Position numbers and translations under genes: made by a program. 64,000 nucleotides of DNA from positions 22,298 through 86,297 of the forward strand of contig JAUWMV010000006.1 of NCBI GenBank assembly GCA_030613005.1, read 5' to 3'. Under the pieces are notes generated by a model that did no database searches, was not told the origin of the DNA, and saw only the letters and a program-made list of their open reading frames with translations. How positions within the stretch are numbered: position 1 is the stretch's first letter; each line of letters opens with the position of its first letter. Shown here piece after piece: positions 28,829-39,272 of the stretch. Source of the stretch: a bacterium (lineage in GTDB: Bacteria > UBP14 > UBA6098 > B30-G16).

Positions 28829-30496
28829 CTATTCAGCCATAGATGTTAGAAAGTCCGCATTTGTCCTTGAAGCCAAAATTTTATTTAATAAAAATTCCAT
28901 TGCATCGACAGTATTCATATCCGAGAGTAATTTTCTCAATAACCAGATTCTCATCAGGATGTCCTTACCCAGCAATAGTTCTTCTTTTCTTGTTCCTGAG
29001 CGATTTATATCTATTGCAGGAAATACTCGCCTATCTGCGAGTCTTCGATCGAGGACAAGTTCCATGTTGCCTGTACCCTTAAACTCCTCAAAAATCACTT
29101 CGTCCATTTTTGAACCTGTTTCGATAAGCGCAGTGGCAATAATTGAGAGAGAACCACCCTCCTCGATATTTCGAGCAGCACCAAAGAATCGTTTGGGTTT
29201 AGAAAGAGCTGAGGCGTCAACTCCACCGGTGAGAATTCTGCCACTGTGAGGAGCAATGTTATTGTATGCTCTAGCAAGCCTTGTTATCGAGTCGAGTAAG
29301 ATTACAACATCTTTTTTGTGTTCTATCTGACGTTTGGCTCTTTGGAGGACAACCTCAGCAACCTGAGCATGTCTTTCCGGACATTCGTCGAAGGTTGAGG
29401 ATATTATTTCAAAATACGGTTTTTTTTCCAATCCACTGCATTCTGCTGAGACGAATCGTTTCATATCCGTAACTTCTTCTGGACGTTCATCGATTAAGAG
29501 AATTAATATCAATACTTCGGGGTGATTGTGAATTAATGATCTAGCGATTTGTTGAAGTATTGTAGTCTTTCCAGCTTTTGGCGGTGAAGTTATAAGTGCT
29601 CGTTGTCCTTTGCCTAAAGGAGTAAATAGATCCATAATTCTTGTTGTGGCTTCCTCGGGATCGTACTCTAAAAGGAATTTTTCCTCTGGATATAACGGGG
29701 TAAGATTGTCGAATAGAATTTTATGTTTGGCGAATTCGGGGTCTTCACTATTGACTCTGTTAACTCGAAGCAGTGCAAAAAACCTTTCATTATCCTTTGG
29801 AGGTCGAATAATTCCACCAACCATGTCGCCGGTTCTAAGGTCGAATCTTTTAATCTGTGAGGGTGATACGTAGATATCGTCGGGACCGGGGAGATAGTTG
29901 TAATCCGGATGCCGAAGAAATCCATATCCATCTGGAAGAACTTCTAAAATGCCTTCACCAAAAACTTCAGCGTTTTGTGTTTTGATTTCGATACCTAAAA
30001 TTTTGAAAACAACGTCCTGTCGTCGCATAGAATGAGGATTTTCAATGTTATGTTTTTCAGCTATATCGAGAAGTTCGTTGATCGGTTTTTGCTTAAATTC
30101 GCTCAGGTACAGTCTATTTTTGTTTTTGCTTTCATCTCTTTCCCAAGGTCGGATATCGTCACTTTTATACCTTTTTACCCTTGGTTTAGTATCTTTGTTA
30201 AATGTGGATGAAGCTTTTTCAACTTCCTTTGTTTCTGTTTTCTCTTCGACAGCGGTTCCGGTTGCTGAGCTTTCTTTTTGCTTGCTAGTCTCTGGTGTTA
30301 TTGTTTCTTTTTCATTATTCTGTTCATCGGATGCCAATGCAACCATAACTTCTGCTTCAGTAGATTTTGTGCTTTTGTGACGACTAGATTTCTTTGGTTT
30401 TTCTTCGACAATATTTTCAGTTTTAACTGCGATCTGTTCAGTTGTGTTGTTTGGCTTCTCGATGTTGTTTTCCTCGGTTTTCTTTTTTTTAGGCAT
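28829..30496 (-). CDS. rho: transcription termination factor Rho with a ~128-aa K/E/T-rich N-terminal extension
   Basis: Rho_N ([21 protein letters not shown]), a cold-shock-like RNA-binding domain, Walker A PPKAGKTT and the full C-terminal ATPase domain. Confidence 0.9.
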   Translation of the reverse strand: MPKKKKTEENNIEKPNNTTEQIAVKTENIVEEKPKKSSRHKSTKSTEAEVMVALASDEQNNEKETITPETSKQKESSATGTAVEEKTETKEVEKASSTFNKDTKPRVKRYKSDDIRPWERDESKNKNRLYLSEFKQKPINELLDIAEKHNIENPHSMRRQDVVFKILGIEIKTQNAEVFGEGILEVLPDGYGFLRHPDYNYLPGPDDIYVSPSQIKRFDLRTGDMVGGIIRPPKDNERFFALLRVNRVNSEDPEFAKHKILFDNLTPLYPEEKFLLEYDPEEATTRIMDLFTPLGKGQRALITSPPKAGKTTILQQIARSLIHNHPEVLILILLIDERPEEVTDMKRFVSAECSGLEKKPYFEIISSTFDECPERHAQVAEVVLQRAKRQIEHKKDVVILLDSITRLARAYNNIAPHSGRILTGGVDASALSKPKRFFGAARNIEEGGSLSIIATALIETGSKMDEVIFEEFKGTGNMELVLDRRLADRRVFPAIDINRSGTRKEELLLGKDILMRIWLLRKLLSDMNTVDAMEFLLNKILASRTNADFLTSMAE

Positions 30497-30505
30497 TCTT
30501 TCACC

Positions 30506-31498
30506 TCATATTGTTAAATAGATTATTGACGTCAGGATTACGGTTCCGATTAGTAAAGAACTTATAAAAATCCTATATAAAATATTCTTTTCAATTATAA
30601 TTTGTCCGCTTTTCCTTGCAGAGCGTAAAGCGAATAAAGTAACAAGGGATGCAATTGGGAATCCTATTGTACCCAGATTAACACCCCAGGCAAGTCCTAT
30701 AAACTCGGATTTTCCCATGAATAGCATTGTTGTTGGCAAAGAGCCGATAATCTGGCTAGCTATAATTGCTGAGAAAAAAGAACTATCGATCGTTGGTATT
30801 CTGAAACCTATCGTGGATTTGAGTAATACAAATATGGTCAGTATCGATAGAACTCCAGCAGGTATAAGCCATTCCCTTGGTTTTATGATATGTATTGGTT
30901 TACCAGCCATTAATGCAAGTACAAGGACGATTATAAAACCTATCCACCAGGATAGAATATACCATAGCACAAGTGTGCATATAGCAATCGATATCGCTCC
31001 TAATATTAAATCGAATCTAATGATTCTTTGTGGTTTAGTAATATCATCAGGTTTAATGATTGGTGATATAGCTGTGATGAAAACTGTAACAAGTGCCATA
31101 ACACACCAAGGAATTAACATAGCGTTGAAAAATGTCCATATGGAAAGCTGATATTTATTGGCAAGAAGCACATTACTTGGACTTCCTAAGGGTAATATTA
31201 TTGAACCGCAATTCGCTGCTAAAATTGTAAGTCCTAACAAGTAGGTTTTGGATTTATTGTCAAGTTTCATCATTAATATCAATGGTATAAGAGCTGCGAT
31301 AATCATGAAATTCGAGAACAGTGCTGTAAGCATAAATACCACTGCGATCCATGCAAATTTGAATCCGTTGCCCTTAACCGATGAAGCTATAAAGCCTAAT
31401 GCTTCAGGTAATCGAGAAATTCTAATTGTACCAGCAGTTAGCATAAGCATCAATAATTTTAATGTTGAAATTAATGCAAAATTAAACCATTCAATCAT
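30506..31498 (-). CDS. polytopic anion-permease-like membrane protein (ArsB/NhaD superfamily-like)
   Basis: 330 aa and about 9-10 TM segments. The motif GSIILPLGSPSNVLLAN resembles the ArsB/NhaD/citrate-transporter family. Assignment is tentative. Confidence 0.45.
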   Translation of the reverse strand: MIEWFNFALISTLKLLMLMLTAGTIRISRLPEALGFIASSVKGNGFKFAWIAVVFMLTALFSNFMIIAALIPLILMMKLDNKSKTYLLGLTILAANCGSIILPLGSPSNVLLANKYQLSIWTFFNAMLIPWCVMALVTVFITAISPIIKPDDITKPQRIIRFDLILGAISIAICTLVLWYILSWWIGFIIVLVLALMAGKPIHIIKPREWLIPAGVLSILTIFVLLKSTIGFRIPTIDSSFFSAIIASQIIGSLPTTMLFMGKSEFIGLAWGVNLGTIGFPIASLVTLFALRSARKSGQIIIEKNILYRIFISSLLIGTVILTSIIYLTI

Positions 31499-31558
31499 GT
31501 TATAAATCGAAGTTGTAAATGGTTAAAAAGACCCAGAAACAGACGGACAATTATATGT

Positions 31559-33181
31559 TCACATCTGGTTGGGTGTGGAAATACCGCATAAACACAATCC
31601 CCACCTAATAGTTTCGGCTACTGCAGCCGAAATCCCAAGCCGGGTTAAACTCAATTCTCTATTTTCTCCTACAACTCTATGTTTTGTATAAAAATTATGG
31701 AATAATTTAGAATATTCAATTAAGAAAAATGGTATAAGGTGCGCTCCTAAAATAATAGATGCGTTCCTAACTACAAGCGGAAATTTAATTGTTTTCCTAA
31801 TTAATAAAATTTCTTCCGGTTCTATGGCAAGCTCAAATTTAATGTCGTTAATTTTTTTTTCTATTTTTAAGCCTTTGTTTTCTGCAAATTTCAGGATACT
31901 TCTTATCCGAGCATGTGCATATTGAACGTAATACACAGGATTTACATCGGATGTTTCACGAGCTAAATTTAAATCAAAATCTAAATGTGCTTCCATTCGT
32001 CTCGCAAGAAAAAAGAATCTCGCAGCATCCACACCAACATCATCAATTAATTCATCCATTGTGATTATTTTGCCAGCACGTTTGGACATTTTCACTTTCT
32101 CGGAACCTTCAAGAATGTTAACTTGCTGTAGTATTAGTATTTTGAGTTTGTCATCGTGCCCCAGAGCTTTCATGGAGGCTTCCAATCGATCTCTATGTCC
32201 GTAATGATCCGGTCCAAGTATTGTATATACTATGTCGAATCCTCTTTCCTCGAACTTATTAGCGTGGTATGCTATATCAACAAGTCCGTAAGCCCATTCA
32301 CCATCAGATTTTATCAATACGAAATCCTTGATATTGCTATTGAATTTCGATGCAGCGAACCATGTTGCTTTGTCTCTTTCATAAGTTGTGCCCAAGGATT
32401 CAAGACGTTGGATTATACTATCAATCTTACCGCTTCTCCGAAACTTTTTCTCAGAGAACCAGACATCGAAATGAGTTCTAAATTTTTCCAATGACTGTTT
32501 CTGTTCCGAAGTTATTTTGTTCAGGATCCATTGTTCAGGTTTAACATCTGTTCCCGATTCTATATATTCTACTGCATAATCTTTGATATATTCACCATGA
32601 TAACCGTTTTCTGGGATTGTAGCTTCTTTACCTTTTATTTGGGCAATCCTTGCTTCAAAGCTATTATCCAGAAGGTGTATTTGATTGCCGGTGTCATTAA
32701 GCAGGAACTCTGTAGTAACGTTATGTCCGACAGATCTGAGTATATTTGCCATTGTGGAACCCACTGCTGCAGCTCGTGCTGAGACTATGTTTAGCGGACC
32801 TGTGGGATTCGCACTAACGAATTCTACTTGTATCTTCTTCGCTTTTTCGGTGTGTAATTTTCTCCAGTCATCTGGATTGCTGAGCAAGTTTTTTATTATC
32901 GAGGAAATTACATCGTTCGAAAGGCTGAAGTTTATATATCCAGCAGTGACATCTGCGCATTTAATACATTCAGGTAAATCTGAGTTTACGATTTCCTCGG
33001 CAATAGAAAGAGGAGCCTTATGAACTTTTTTCGCCAATTGAAAGGCTACATTAGTCGTGAAATCCCCAAATTGGGGGTTTTCCGGTTCGAGAACTTCAGG
33101 CATATCATCGAGACCATATAGTTGAAGGATTCTATTTGAAAGCCAATTGGAAATTTCATTATGTGCTAATATTATATTCAT
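31559..33181 (-). CDS. argS: arginine--tRNA ligase (HIGH motif degenerate: NIVS)
   Basis: Collinear with Bacillus-type ArgS as I remember it (VEFVSANPTGPL..ARAAAVG, NDTGNQI, KMSKRAG, C-terminal ...M). Confidence 0.9.
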   Translation of the reverse strand: MNIILAHNEISNWLSNRILQLYGLDDMPEVLEPENPQFGDFTTNVAFQLAKKVHKAPLSIAEEIVNSDLPECIKCADVTAGYINFSLSNDVISSIIKNLLSNPDDWRKLHTEKAKKIQVEFVSANPTGPLNIVSARAAAVGSTMANILRSVGHNVTTEFLLNDTGNQIHLLDNSFEARIAQIKGKEATIPENGYHGEYIKDYAVEYIESGTDVKPEQWILNKITSEQKQSLEKFRTHFDVWFSEKKFRRSGKIDSIIQRLESLGTTYERDKATWFAASKFNSNIKDFVLIKSDGEWAYGLVDIAYHANKFEERGFDIVYTILGPDHYGHRDRLEASMKALGHDDKLKILILQQVNILEGSEKVKMSKRAGKIITMDELIDDVGVDAARFFFLARRMEAHLDFDLNLARETSDVNPVYYVQYAHARIRSILKFAENKGLKIEKKINDIKFELAIEPEEILLIRKTIKFPLVVRNASIILGAHLIPFFLIEYSKLFHNFYTKHRVVGENRELSLTRLGISAAVAETIRWGLCLCGISTPNQM

Positions 33182-33370
33182 AATATCTATAACTATGCAA
33201 CAAATTGCGAAGAATTAATTAATATTTTTCTGCAAGATTCGGGTTTGATTTGCTTTTTTATTTACGGATTATTTCCCAGACTGCTAAAGATAAACAAACA
33301 GACCCCTAAGAAAATGAATTTTGTAATATTAGATTAGCTGATCCTGTATAAAAATAATCATTTATGTAAA

Positions 33371-33715
33371 TCAATCCTCCATGATATATATTTCAGAATC
33401 TCCCCAATAACCCTCAAGATTGTAATATTCTCGAGTTTCGGGTAAAAATATGTGTACGATTACAGAATATGTATCAATTAAAATCCATTTAAGAGCTTTC
33501 ATGCCTTCAAGATGGAAGGATTTTATTTCGTTGTCTTTTAGATATTCTTGAATTTTATCAGTTAATGCTTTAATATGAATTTGACTGTTAGCAGATGCAA
33601 TAACAAAAAAATCGGCAATAATAGTAAGTTTTCTTACATCAAATATTTTAATATCGATAGCTTGATTCTCGAGGAGAATTCTACCACACTCGAAGGCTAA
33701 TTGTTCAGAATCCAT
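33371..33715 (-). CDS. rsfS: ribosome silencing factor RsfS (iojap-like)
   Basis: 114 aa; IKIFDVRKLTIIADFFVIASANSQIHIKAL is typical of RsfS. Confidence 0.85.
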   Translation of the reverse strand: MDSEQLAFECGRILLENQAIDIKIFDVRKLTIIADFFVIASANSQIHIKALTDKIQEYLKDNEIKSFHLEGMKALKWILIDTYSVIVHIFLPETREYYNLEGYWGDSEIYIMED

Positions 33716-33732
33716 TAAACCTCCTTTTTAAT

Positions 33733-34224
33733 TTAACGTTCAATTAAAAGCTTAGGAAGAGAAAATTTATAATCTTTACCAATAATAAGTGTCGCATCAA
33801 AAATTTGCTCGTTTCTTTGAATTATAATGCGATCATTGTCAAGACCGCATATTTTAGCGATCGTATCGGTTTTTGTACAATTACCCTTTCTATCCAGAAG
33901 CAATGTATATGGATGAATATTAGGGGAATTCTTTTTCACATCTACAACATCGAATCCTTCTTGCATCAATCTATTGACAATTTTAGCTAATATGCGTGAT
34001 TCACCCAAGCCATTTACAACTTGAATTGAGATTGCGCCTCTTAATTCCGACTGGAATTGTTTGTGCTGTATGAGTCTATTGCTTGGTTGGGAACCTTGAG
34101 CAACAAATCCTATAAGCAGAATTATTATGAATGCAACAATAATCGACCAATCGAATAGACGCCAACCCCATGTAACCATTGCTAATTTAGTGCTTTTTTT
34201 GTGAACTTTCTTTTGGTTAATCAT
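33733..34224 (-). CDS. LytR_C (LytR cell-envelope-related C-terminal) domain membrane protein
   Basis: N-terminal TM segment followed by ISIQVVNGLGESRILAKIVNRLMQEGFDVVDV, the LytR_C pattern. Confidence 0.65.
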   Translation of the reverse strand: MINQKKVHKKSTKLAMVTWGWRLFDWSIIVAFIIILLIGFVAQGSQPSNRLIQHKQFQSELRGAISIQVVNGLGESRILAKIVNRLMQEGFDVVDVKKNSPNIHPYTLLLDRKGNCTKTDTIAKICGLDNDRIIIQRNEQIFDATLIIGKDYKFSLPKLLIER

Positions 34225-35218
34225 AAATTATAGGACATGAAGTGTTTATGCTATATAATCAAGATAAATAAAATGTCAACATATAAGTTCTCTTTCGTAA
34301 ACTATGCAATAAATTTGATGCAGTTAGTGATTTTTATAAGATCCTCATTATTAAAATAAGATTGAAACTTTTTACACGCAAATAAAATATGTGCAAATAT
34401 TCAAGCGATATAGAGAAATTACATTTTGAAAACGGAAATCCTTAATTCGTTAAATGCAATCTTTATATTAATATTCAATAGTTAGTAATATAATTGGGTG
34501 TTAGTGCAAATATGAAAATGCAGAAACTGATTTCGGTTTAGAAGGCGTAAAAGCCGCACAAGAGATTATTTCTGGGAACAACCCGATATTTCAATTATGG
34601 GAACTGTCTTAAGAAAGAGGTTAAAATTACTATATCTCTGGGACAAGTTCTCATCGAGGCTTCCAGAATGGCAGACGAGAATTCGAAAATTATGGACTAG
34701 GCTGTTGGCTAATAGAAAAATTTTTGGAAAAAGAGAACAACAAAAGGTTTCAACAGGATATTTAATTTGTCTATAATGAATTTCTAGAGACAAATAGAAC
34801 CAAATCTATGTGTAGGCATTTTTGTAGATCGTATTCCTCCTTTTCATTCTAAGTATTTCGATCCAAGAAGCATATGATATATCTGGAATAGATTAATGTT
34901 TGAGTACCAGATGCATATAGATTGACTATTGACATCGATTAATAATTGGATGAAATCAAGACTAGCATTTTATTTGCAGCGAAATTCTAACATATTAATA
35001 TTTGTGAAGTTATAAGATATTCTGCTGAAAATTTAAAATTCTTGTGGTTAATATCAGTTTTTAAAATTATAATTAGCAAAATTTATTAATATCATAATAA
35101 TAATTTTAATTTGAGACCATTTATTTGCATAAAATATTAGAGTAGGAAGAGTTGGGCTCATTTGATTATTTGATAATAGTAGTTTTTGGTTATTTTTTCG
35201 AGCAACGGAGTTCAATAA

Positions 35219-36301
35219 ATGACAGATTATACATTTAATAAAAAAGGGCAGATGTGTCCTATAAGTAAAAGCATCTGCACAGGAACATGTGTATATAGCT
35301 ATATACTTGAAAATATAGACGTAGGTATAGTAATATTAGATATTAAAGCTAAGGAAGTCGCCTTTCAGAACAGGACAAGTCGGGAAATTTTTTATCCTGA
35401 CAAGAAGCCGAAAGACTATAATGCCATTACTAAGTTATTATTGCCGAATATTAGCGAGTGCCTCGATTCTAAAAAACCCAGTCCACAAAAAACCATTAAG
35501 TTTCACGACAAAATTTTAGGTTACTCTACTTACCATATTCGGGATAAATATCTCTGGTTATTTATTAAGGATATAACGAATAAAGCACGTCTTGAATCTA
35601 TTGCCGAAGCTGTAGTTACCATGAATAATATAGGATATGTTTTTGCTGGGATTAGACATGAGATCAGCAATCCTCTTAATTCTCTTAAAATGACTATGAC
35701 AGTTCTTAGACAAAATATTGACGATTACGATAAGAAAACAATGCGTGAATATTTTGATTTATCTTTGCAGTCGATTTCGAGAATTGAATACCTTTTGGCT
35801 TCATTGAAAAATTTCAATATGTATGAAGACCTTACGATTCGAAAAATAAAGATGCATTATTTTATGAAGAGCCTTATGGCTGTGGTTGCAAACGATTTTC
35901 AAGATAAAGGCATTAATATTATAACTATGTTTCAATCCGAAGCTGAATGTGGTTTAATCGATCCAAGGGCGTTACATCAAGTTATGCTTAATCTCCTGAC
36001 TAATGCAGCGGATGCATTAGAAGGTTCCAAAAAACCAACGATTATTATTGCAATGTTTACTTTGGACGACTTCATAAATATCTTAGTCAAAGACAACGGT
36101 TATGGAATGACCGAAGATCAATTAAATGCTGCGTTTAAACCTTTCTATACGACCAAGCCTAAAGGAACAGGTTTAGGTTTGGTTTTAACAAAGAAAATGT
36201 TAGTAAGTATGAATTCCACCATAGAGGTAAATAGCACAAAAGGTGTGGGAACAGTTGTTACAATGAGCATTCCTGCTGGAAAACCGAATACTCAAAGCTA
36301 A
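35219..36301 (+). CDS. cytoplasmic sensor histidine kinase with a Cys-rich N-terminus
   Basis: H-box GIRHEISNPLNSL, N-box LNLLTNAADAL, G1 DNGYGM, G2 GTGLGL. The N-terminus reads CPISKSICTGTC followed by a PAS-like segment. No TM segments. Confidence 0.8.
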   Translation: MTDYTFNKKGQMCPISKSICTGTCVYSYILENIDVGIVILDIKAKEVAFQNRTSREIFYPDKKPKDYNAITKLLLPNISECLDSKKPSPQKTIKFHDKILGYSTYHIRDKYLWLFIKDITNKARLESIAEAVVTMNNIGYVFAGIRHEISNPLNSLKMTMTVLRQNIDDYDKKTMREYFDLSLQSISRIEYLLASLKNFNMYEDLTIRKIKMHYFMKSLMAVVANDFQDKGINIITMFQSEAECGLIDPRALHQVMLNLLTNAADALEGSKKPTIIIAMFTLDDFINILVKDNGYGMTEDQLNAAFKPFYTTKPKGTGLGLVLTKKMLVSMNSTIEVNSTKGVGTVVTMSIPAGKPNTQS

Positions 36302-36431
36302 AAAGTCTATTGATAATTTTTCCATTAAGATACGGGCAAATTAGCATCTTATAAAACTGTATTATACGATGAAGATTTTTTAAAATCTTATTATTTAATA
36401 TTATAACAAAATTGAATTCTTTAGTTCATCA

Positions 36432-36459
36432 TTGACAAAAGTTTATATTGCTCTATAAT
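36432..36459 (+). promoter_or_regulatory. consensus sigma70-type promoter (TTGACA-16-TATAAT)
   Basis: TTGACA at 36432-36437, 16-nt spacer, TATAAT at 36454-36459, 135 nt upstream of the response-regulator ATG, which has its own SD (GAGGAAA). Confidence 0.5.
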
Positions 36460-36593
36460 ATTAATCGATAGTTTATAAAATTTAGATATTACAACATGTT
36501 TTAAGCGGGAGGAGTTTATAAAGTAATAGCATTGATTTTCTCATTATAATTTATTTCCGAAGAGCAAATTTTGGCTTTTGTTGAGGAAATGAT

Positions 36594-37949
36594 ATGAAAA
36601 ATATTTTAATTGCCGACGATGAGGAACTTTTCCTTAAAAGCATTTCTGCCGGGTTGAAGAATTTGGACATAGACCTCAATGTCATTACTGCAGAAAATGG
36701 TAAAATTGCCATTGATGCGTTAACATGGACTAAAATCGACCTTCTAATTACCGATATTAAAATGCCTGTAATGGATGGTTTCGAGCTTTTAGCGTATGTC
36801 AGCAGAAAACATCCAGATATCCCGATTTTAGTGATGACCGCTTTTGCTGATCCTGCAGTTGAAGAAAAACTCAAGGTTCTTGGATTTGACAATTATCTGG
36901 AGAAACCTTTGGATTTTGAGGATTTATCAGACAGGATTATAGAAATATTGCAGGGCAAGACAGCTGGCTTTATTAACGGAATAGCACTAACGGCATTTGT
37001 TCAAATGTTGGAGATTGAGAAGAAAAGTTGTACACTAAAAATTACGTCTAAGGATAAGGAAGGATATTTATTCCTAAGAAACGGTGTGCTTATTGATGCT
37101 AGAACAGATTCTCTTAAGAATATCGAGGCAGCATATGATATTATTTCCTGGGAGAATGCGGGAATCGAAATTAACAGTGTTTGTAGGAGAAAAGAGAACA
37201 AAATTAACCTACCATTGACTCATATTTTATTAGAGACTATGAGAATGAAGGACGAGGCGAATAGAAAGGAAACCGAAACGATTGGCACTGGGAAAAATTA
37301 TGATTCAGCGAAATTGTTCGGAGTAGGTGAAGATCTTGAGGATATTTCTGCAGAATGGGGATATTCTAGTGAAGTAAGAGCAGATATCGCAAGGTTTGCT
37401 GAGGAATCGAAAAAAGAAACGAGAGAACCAGAAAAGCAAGTAGTATTGGAGAATTTATCACAACAAGCTGAATTGGAGGAAAGCGAAAATAATGTCCACG
37501 ACTTGGTTAAGCTCCAAGAAGATCAAAAAGAAATAAAAGAAATAAAGGAAGTAAAAGAAAAAAAAGATATATATAAACCTGTGGTTGAGAAACTTGATAA
37601 ATTTAAAGACCTCGATGGTTTTTTAGGTGTTGGCGTTTTTTCTCTCGATGGTGATTTACTTGCTAAAAATACAGTAAACCTTCTAGAGATAGAGACTATA
37701 AGTGCGCTTATAACTAGTATGATAATTAATGCAGATAAGGCTTCAGAGGAACTCGACCTGGGTAAAACTACAGAAATTGATATTGTAACCTCAAAAGACG
37801 AAACAATATATGTCAGGCAACATATAAGCGAAAATAATTCCTTTTCTTTGATTCTTGTTTGTGATGAAGATGCACAAAAAGGTATGGTTCATTTACGAAT
37901 TAACCATCTTTTTCCTATAATTATAGAAGAAATCAAGAATTTAGGTTGA
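36594..37949 (+). CDS. response regulator: receiver + PATAN (DUF4388) + acidic linker + Roadblock/LC7 (MglB-like) domain
   Basis: REC (ILIADDEE, DLLITDIKMPVMDG, PILVMTA). PATAN (GFINGIALTAFVQMLEIEKKSCTLKI..GYLFLRNGVLIDA..AAYDIISWENAGIEI). C-terminal DGFLGVGVFSLDGDLLAKN...ILVCDEDAQKGMV is Roadblock-like. Confidence 0.7.
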   Translation: MKNILIADDEELFLKSISAGLKNLDIDLNVITAENGKIAIDALTWTKIDLLITDIKMPVMDGFELLAYVSRKHPDIPILVMTAFADPAVEEKLKVLGFDNYLEKPLDFEDLSDRIIEILQGKTAGFINGIALTAFVQMLEIEKKSCTLKITSKDKEGYLFLRNGVLIDARTDSLKNIEAAYDIISWENAGIEINSVCRRKENKINLPLTHILLETMRMKDEANRKETETIGTGKNYDSAKLFGVGEDLEDISAEWGYSSEVRADIARFAEESKKETREPEKQVVLENLSQQAELEESENNVHDLVKLQEDQKEIKEIKEVKEKKDIYKPVVEKLDKFKDLDGFLGVGVFSLDGDLLAKNTVNLLEIETISALITSMIINADKASEELDLGKTTEIDIVTSKDETIYVRQHISENNSFSLILVCDEDAQKGMVHLRINHLFPIIIEEIKNLG

Positions 37950-38195
37950 AATTAAATCTTTTAATCAATTCAAATGTTTTTTACAAATCCTCTAAAATCC
38001 CGATTGTATATGAATTTATTATCTTGTTGTGCTTATATTCGATATGTAATTTTTAGAGTTAATTAAAATAAAACAATATTTAGCCTAAATTTTTTGGTTG
38101 AAAAGTTTTCAAAAGTTTGTTGTGATTTTGGCAAATTGTATTATGATATTTTCAATTCGACTATGATTTAAAAACCAATGCAGGAGGTCTAAGCA

Positions 38196-39152
38196 ATGGG
38201 GAAGACGTTAGAAAACCTTAAGTGGCAATGTCAATGGGTTTCACAGCTTGGGTGTATGAAGGGTTGTGCAAATTATTTAGGATTGGAAATTTCTGATGCA
38301 TGGCTTTTTGGTGCTACCGGGTATGCCTTCATTTTGAATATTCACGAGGTTGTGTGTCCCAGCGGACCTACGGCATGGGATGATTGCCGAATGATTGAGT
38401 TGGCAGGAAACATTGGTCTTAAAATTACACCGTTTTTTGCGCTTAAAAATGATGAGTATTTTGCTGAAAAGCAAAAGTTGGCGTGGGAAAAAGTCAAAGA
38501 TGCTCTCGATGCAGGGAAACCATGTTACGGATGGGAACTTGAAATTCCTGAATATTACGTGATAACAGGATATGATGATATCGGATATTACTATTCAGGA
38601 CCCGGTGCAGATTCCGGAAAAGGACCTAAGCCGTGGGATAAACTTGGCGATACAAAGATAGGTATTCTGGGAGTTTTCGTAACTGAAGCCAAGAAACCGG
38701 CTGATGAAATAGTTGTTGTTAAAGAAGCGTTCGAATTTGTTAAGAAATTCTCACAAGATCCCGGAGATTGGATTTTCCCGTTGTATAAATCCGGTATTGC
38801 AGGTTATGAACTTTGGATCGATGCCTTAAGAAACGGGAAAGCTGATGTTTTTGGTGTATCGTTTAATGCCGCTGTATGGAGCGAGTGCCGAAAGTATGCT
38901 GTTGGATTTCTTAGGGAAGCCAAGGAGCGTTTGGACAATAAATATTCCACAATGTTCGATGAAGCCATAAAACACTATGAACCAATCTATAAGCTACTCG
39001 AGGATAATTGTAAACTTTTTCCATTTCCACCTAAGGGCGATGAGCTTGAAAATCAAGAAAAAGTTAATAAATCTATTGAATATCTTTCACAAGCTAAGGA
39101 GCATGAAGCTAAAGGTTTAGGAGCACTTCAGAAAATTGCTGAAGCTCTGTGA
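38196..39152 (+). CDS. hypothetical protein, possibly BtrH_N/DUF4872-like (papain-like fold)
   Basis: Strong SD (AGGAGG). The N-terminal segment QLGCMKGCANYLGLEISDAWLFGATGYAFIL resembles BtrH N-terminal family proteins. Assignment is tentative. Confidence 0.35.
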   Translation: MGKTLENLKWQCQWVSQLGCMKGCANYLGLEISDAWLFGATGYAFILNIHEVVCPSGPTAWDDCRMIELAGNIGLKITPFFALKNDEYFAEKQKLAWEKVKDALDAGKPCYGWELEIPEYYVITGYDDIGYYYSGPGADSGKGPKPWDKLGDTKIGILGVFVTEAKKPADEIVVVKEAFEFVKKFSQDPGDWIFPLYKSGIAGYELWIDALRNGKADVFGVSFNAAVWSECRKYAVGFLREAKERLDNKYSTMFDEAIKHYEPIYKLLEDNCKLFPFPPKGDELENQEKVNKSIEYLSQAKEHEAKGLGALQKIAEAL

Positions 39153-39272
39153 GATATTAATTACCCTCATATGTTTGAAATTCGATAATTGTATTGTAAA
39201 CAGATTCTTGTTTTCTACTTATATTTATTCCCATAGATAATGAATCGTAATTGCAGATAACTTTATCAAAAA

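Noticed and set aside
34566-34793. A 75-aa minus-strand ORF in the 1-kb gap.
   Set aside because: It is Cys, Phe and Leu rich with non-protein-like composition, has no SD, and lies in very AT-rich DNA where such ORFs occur by chance.
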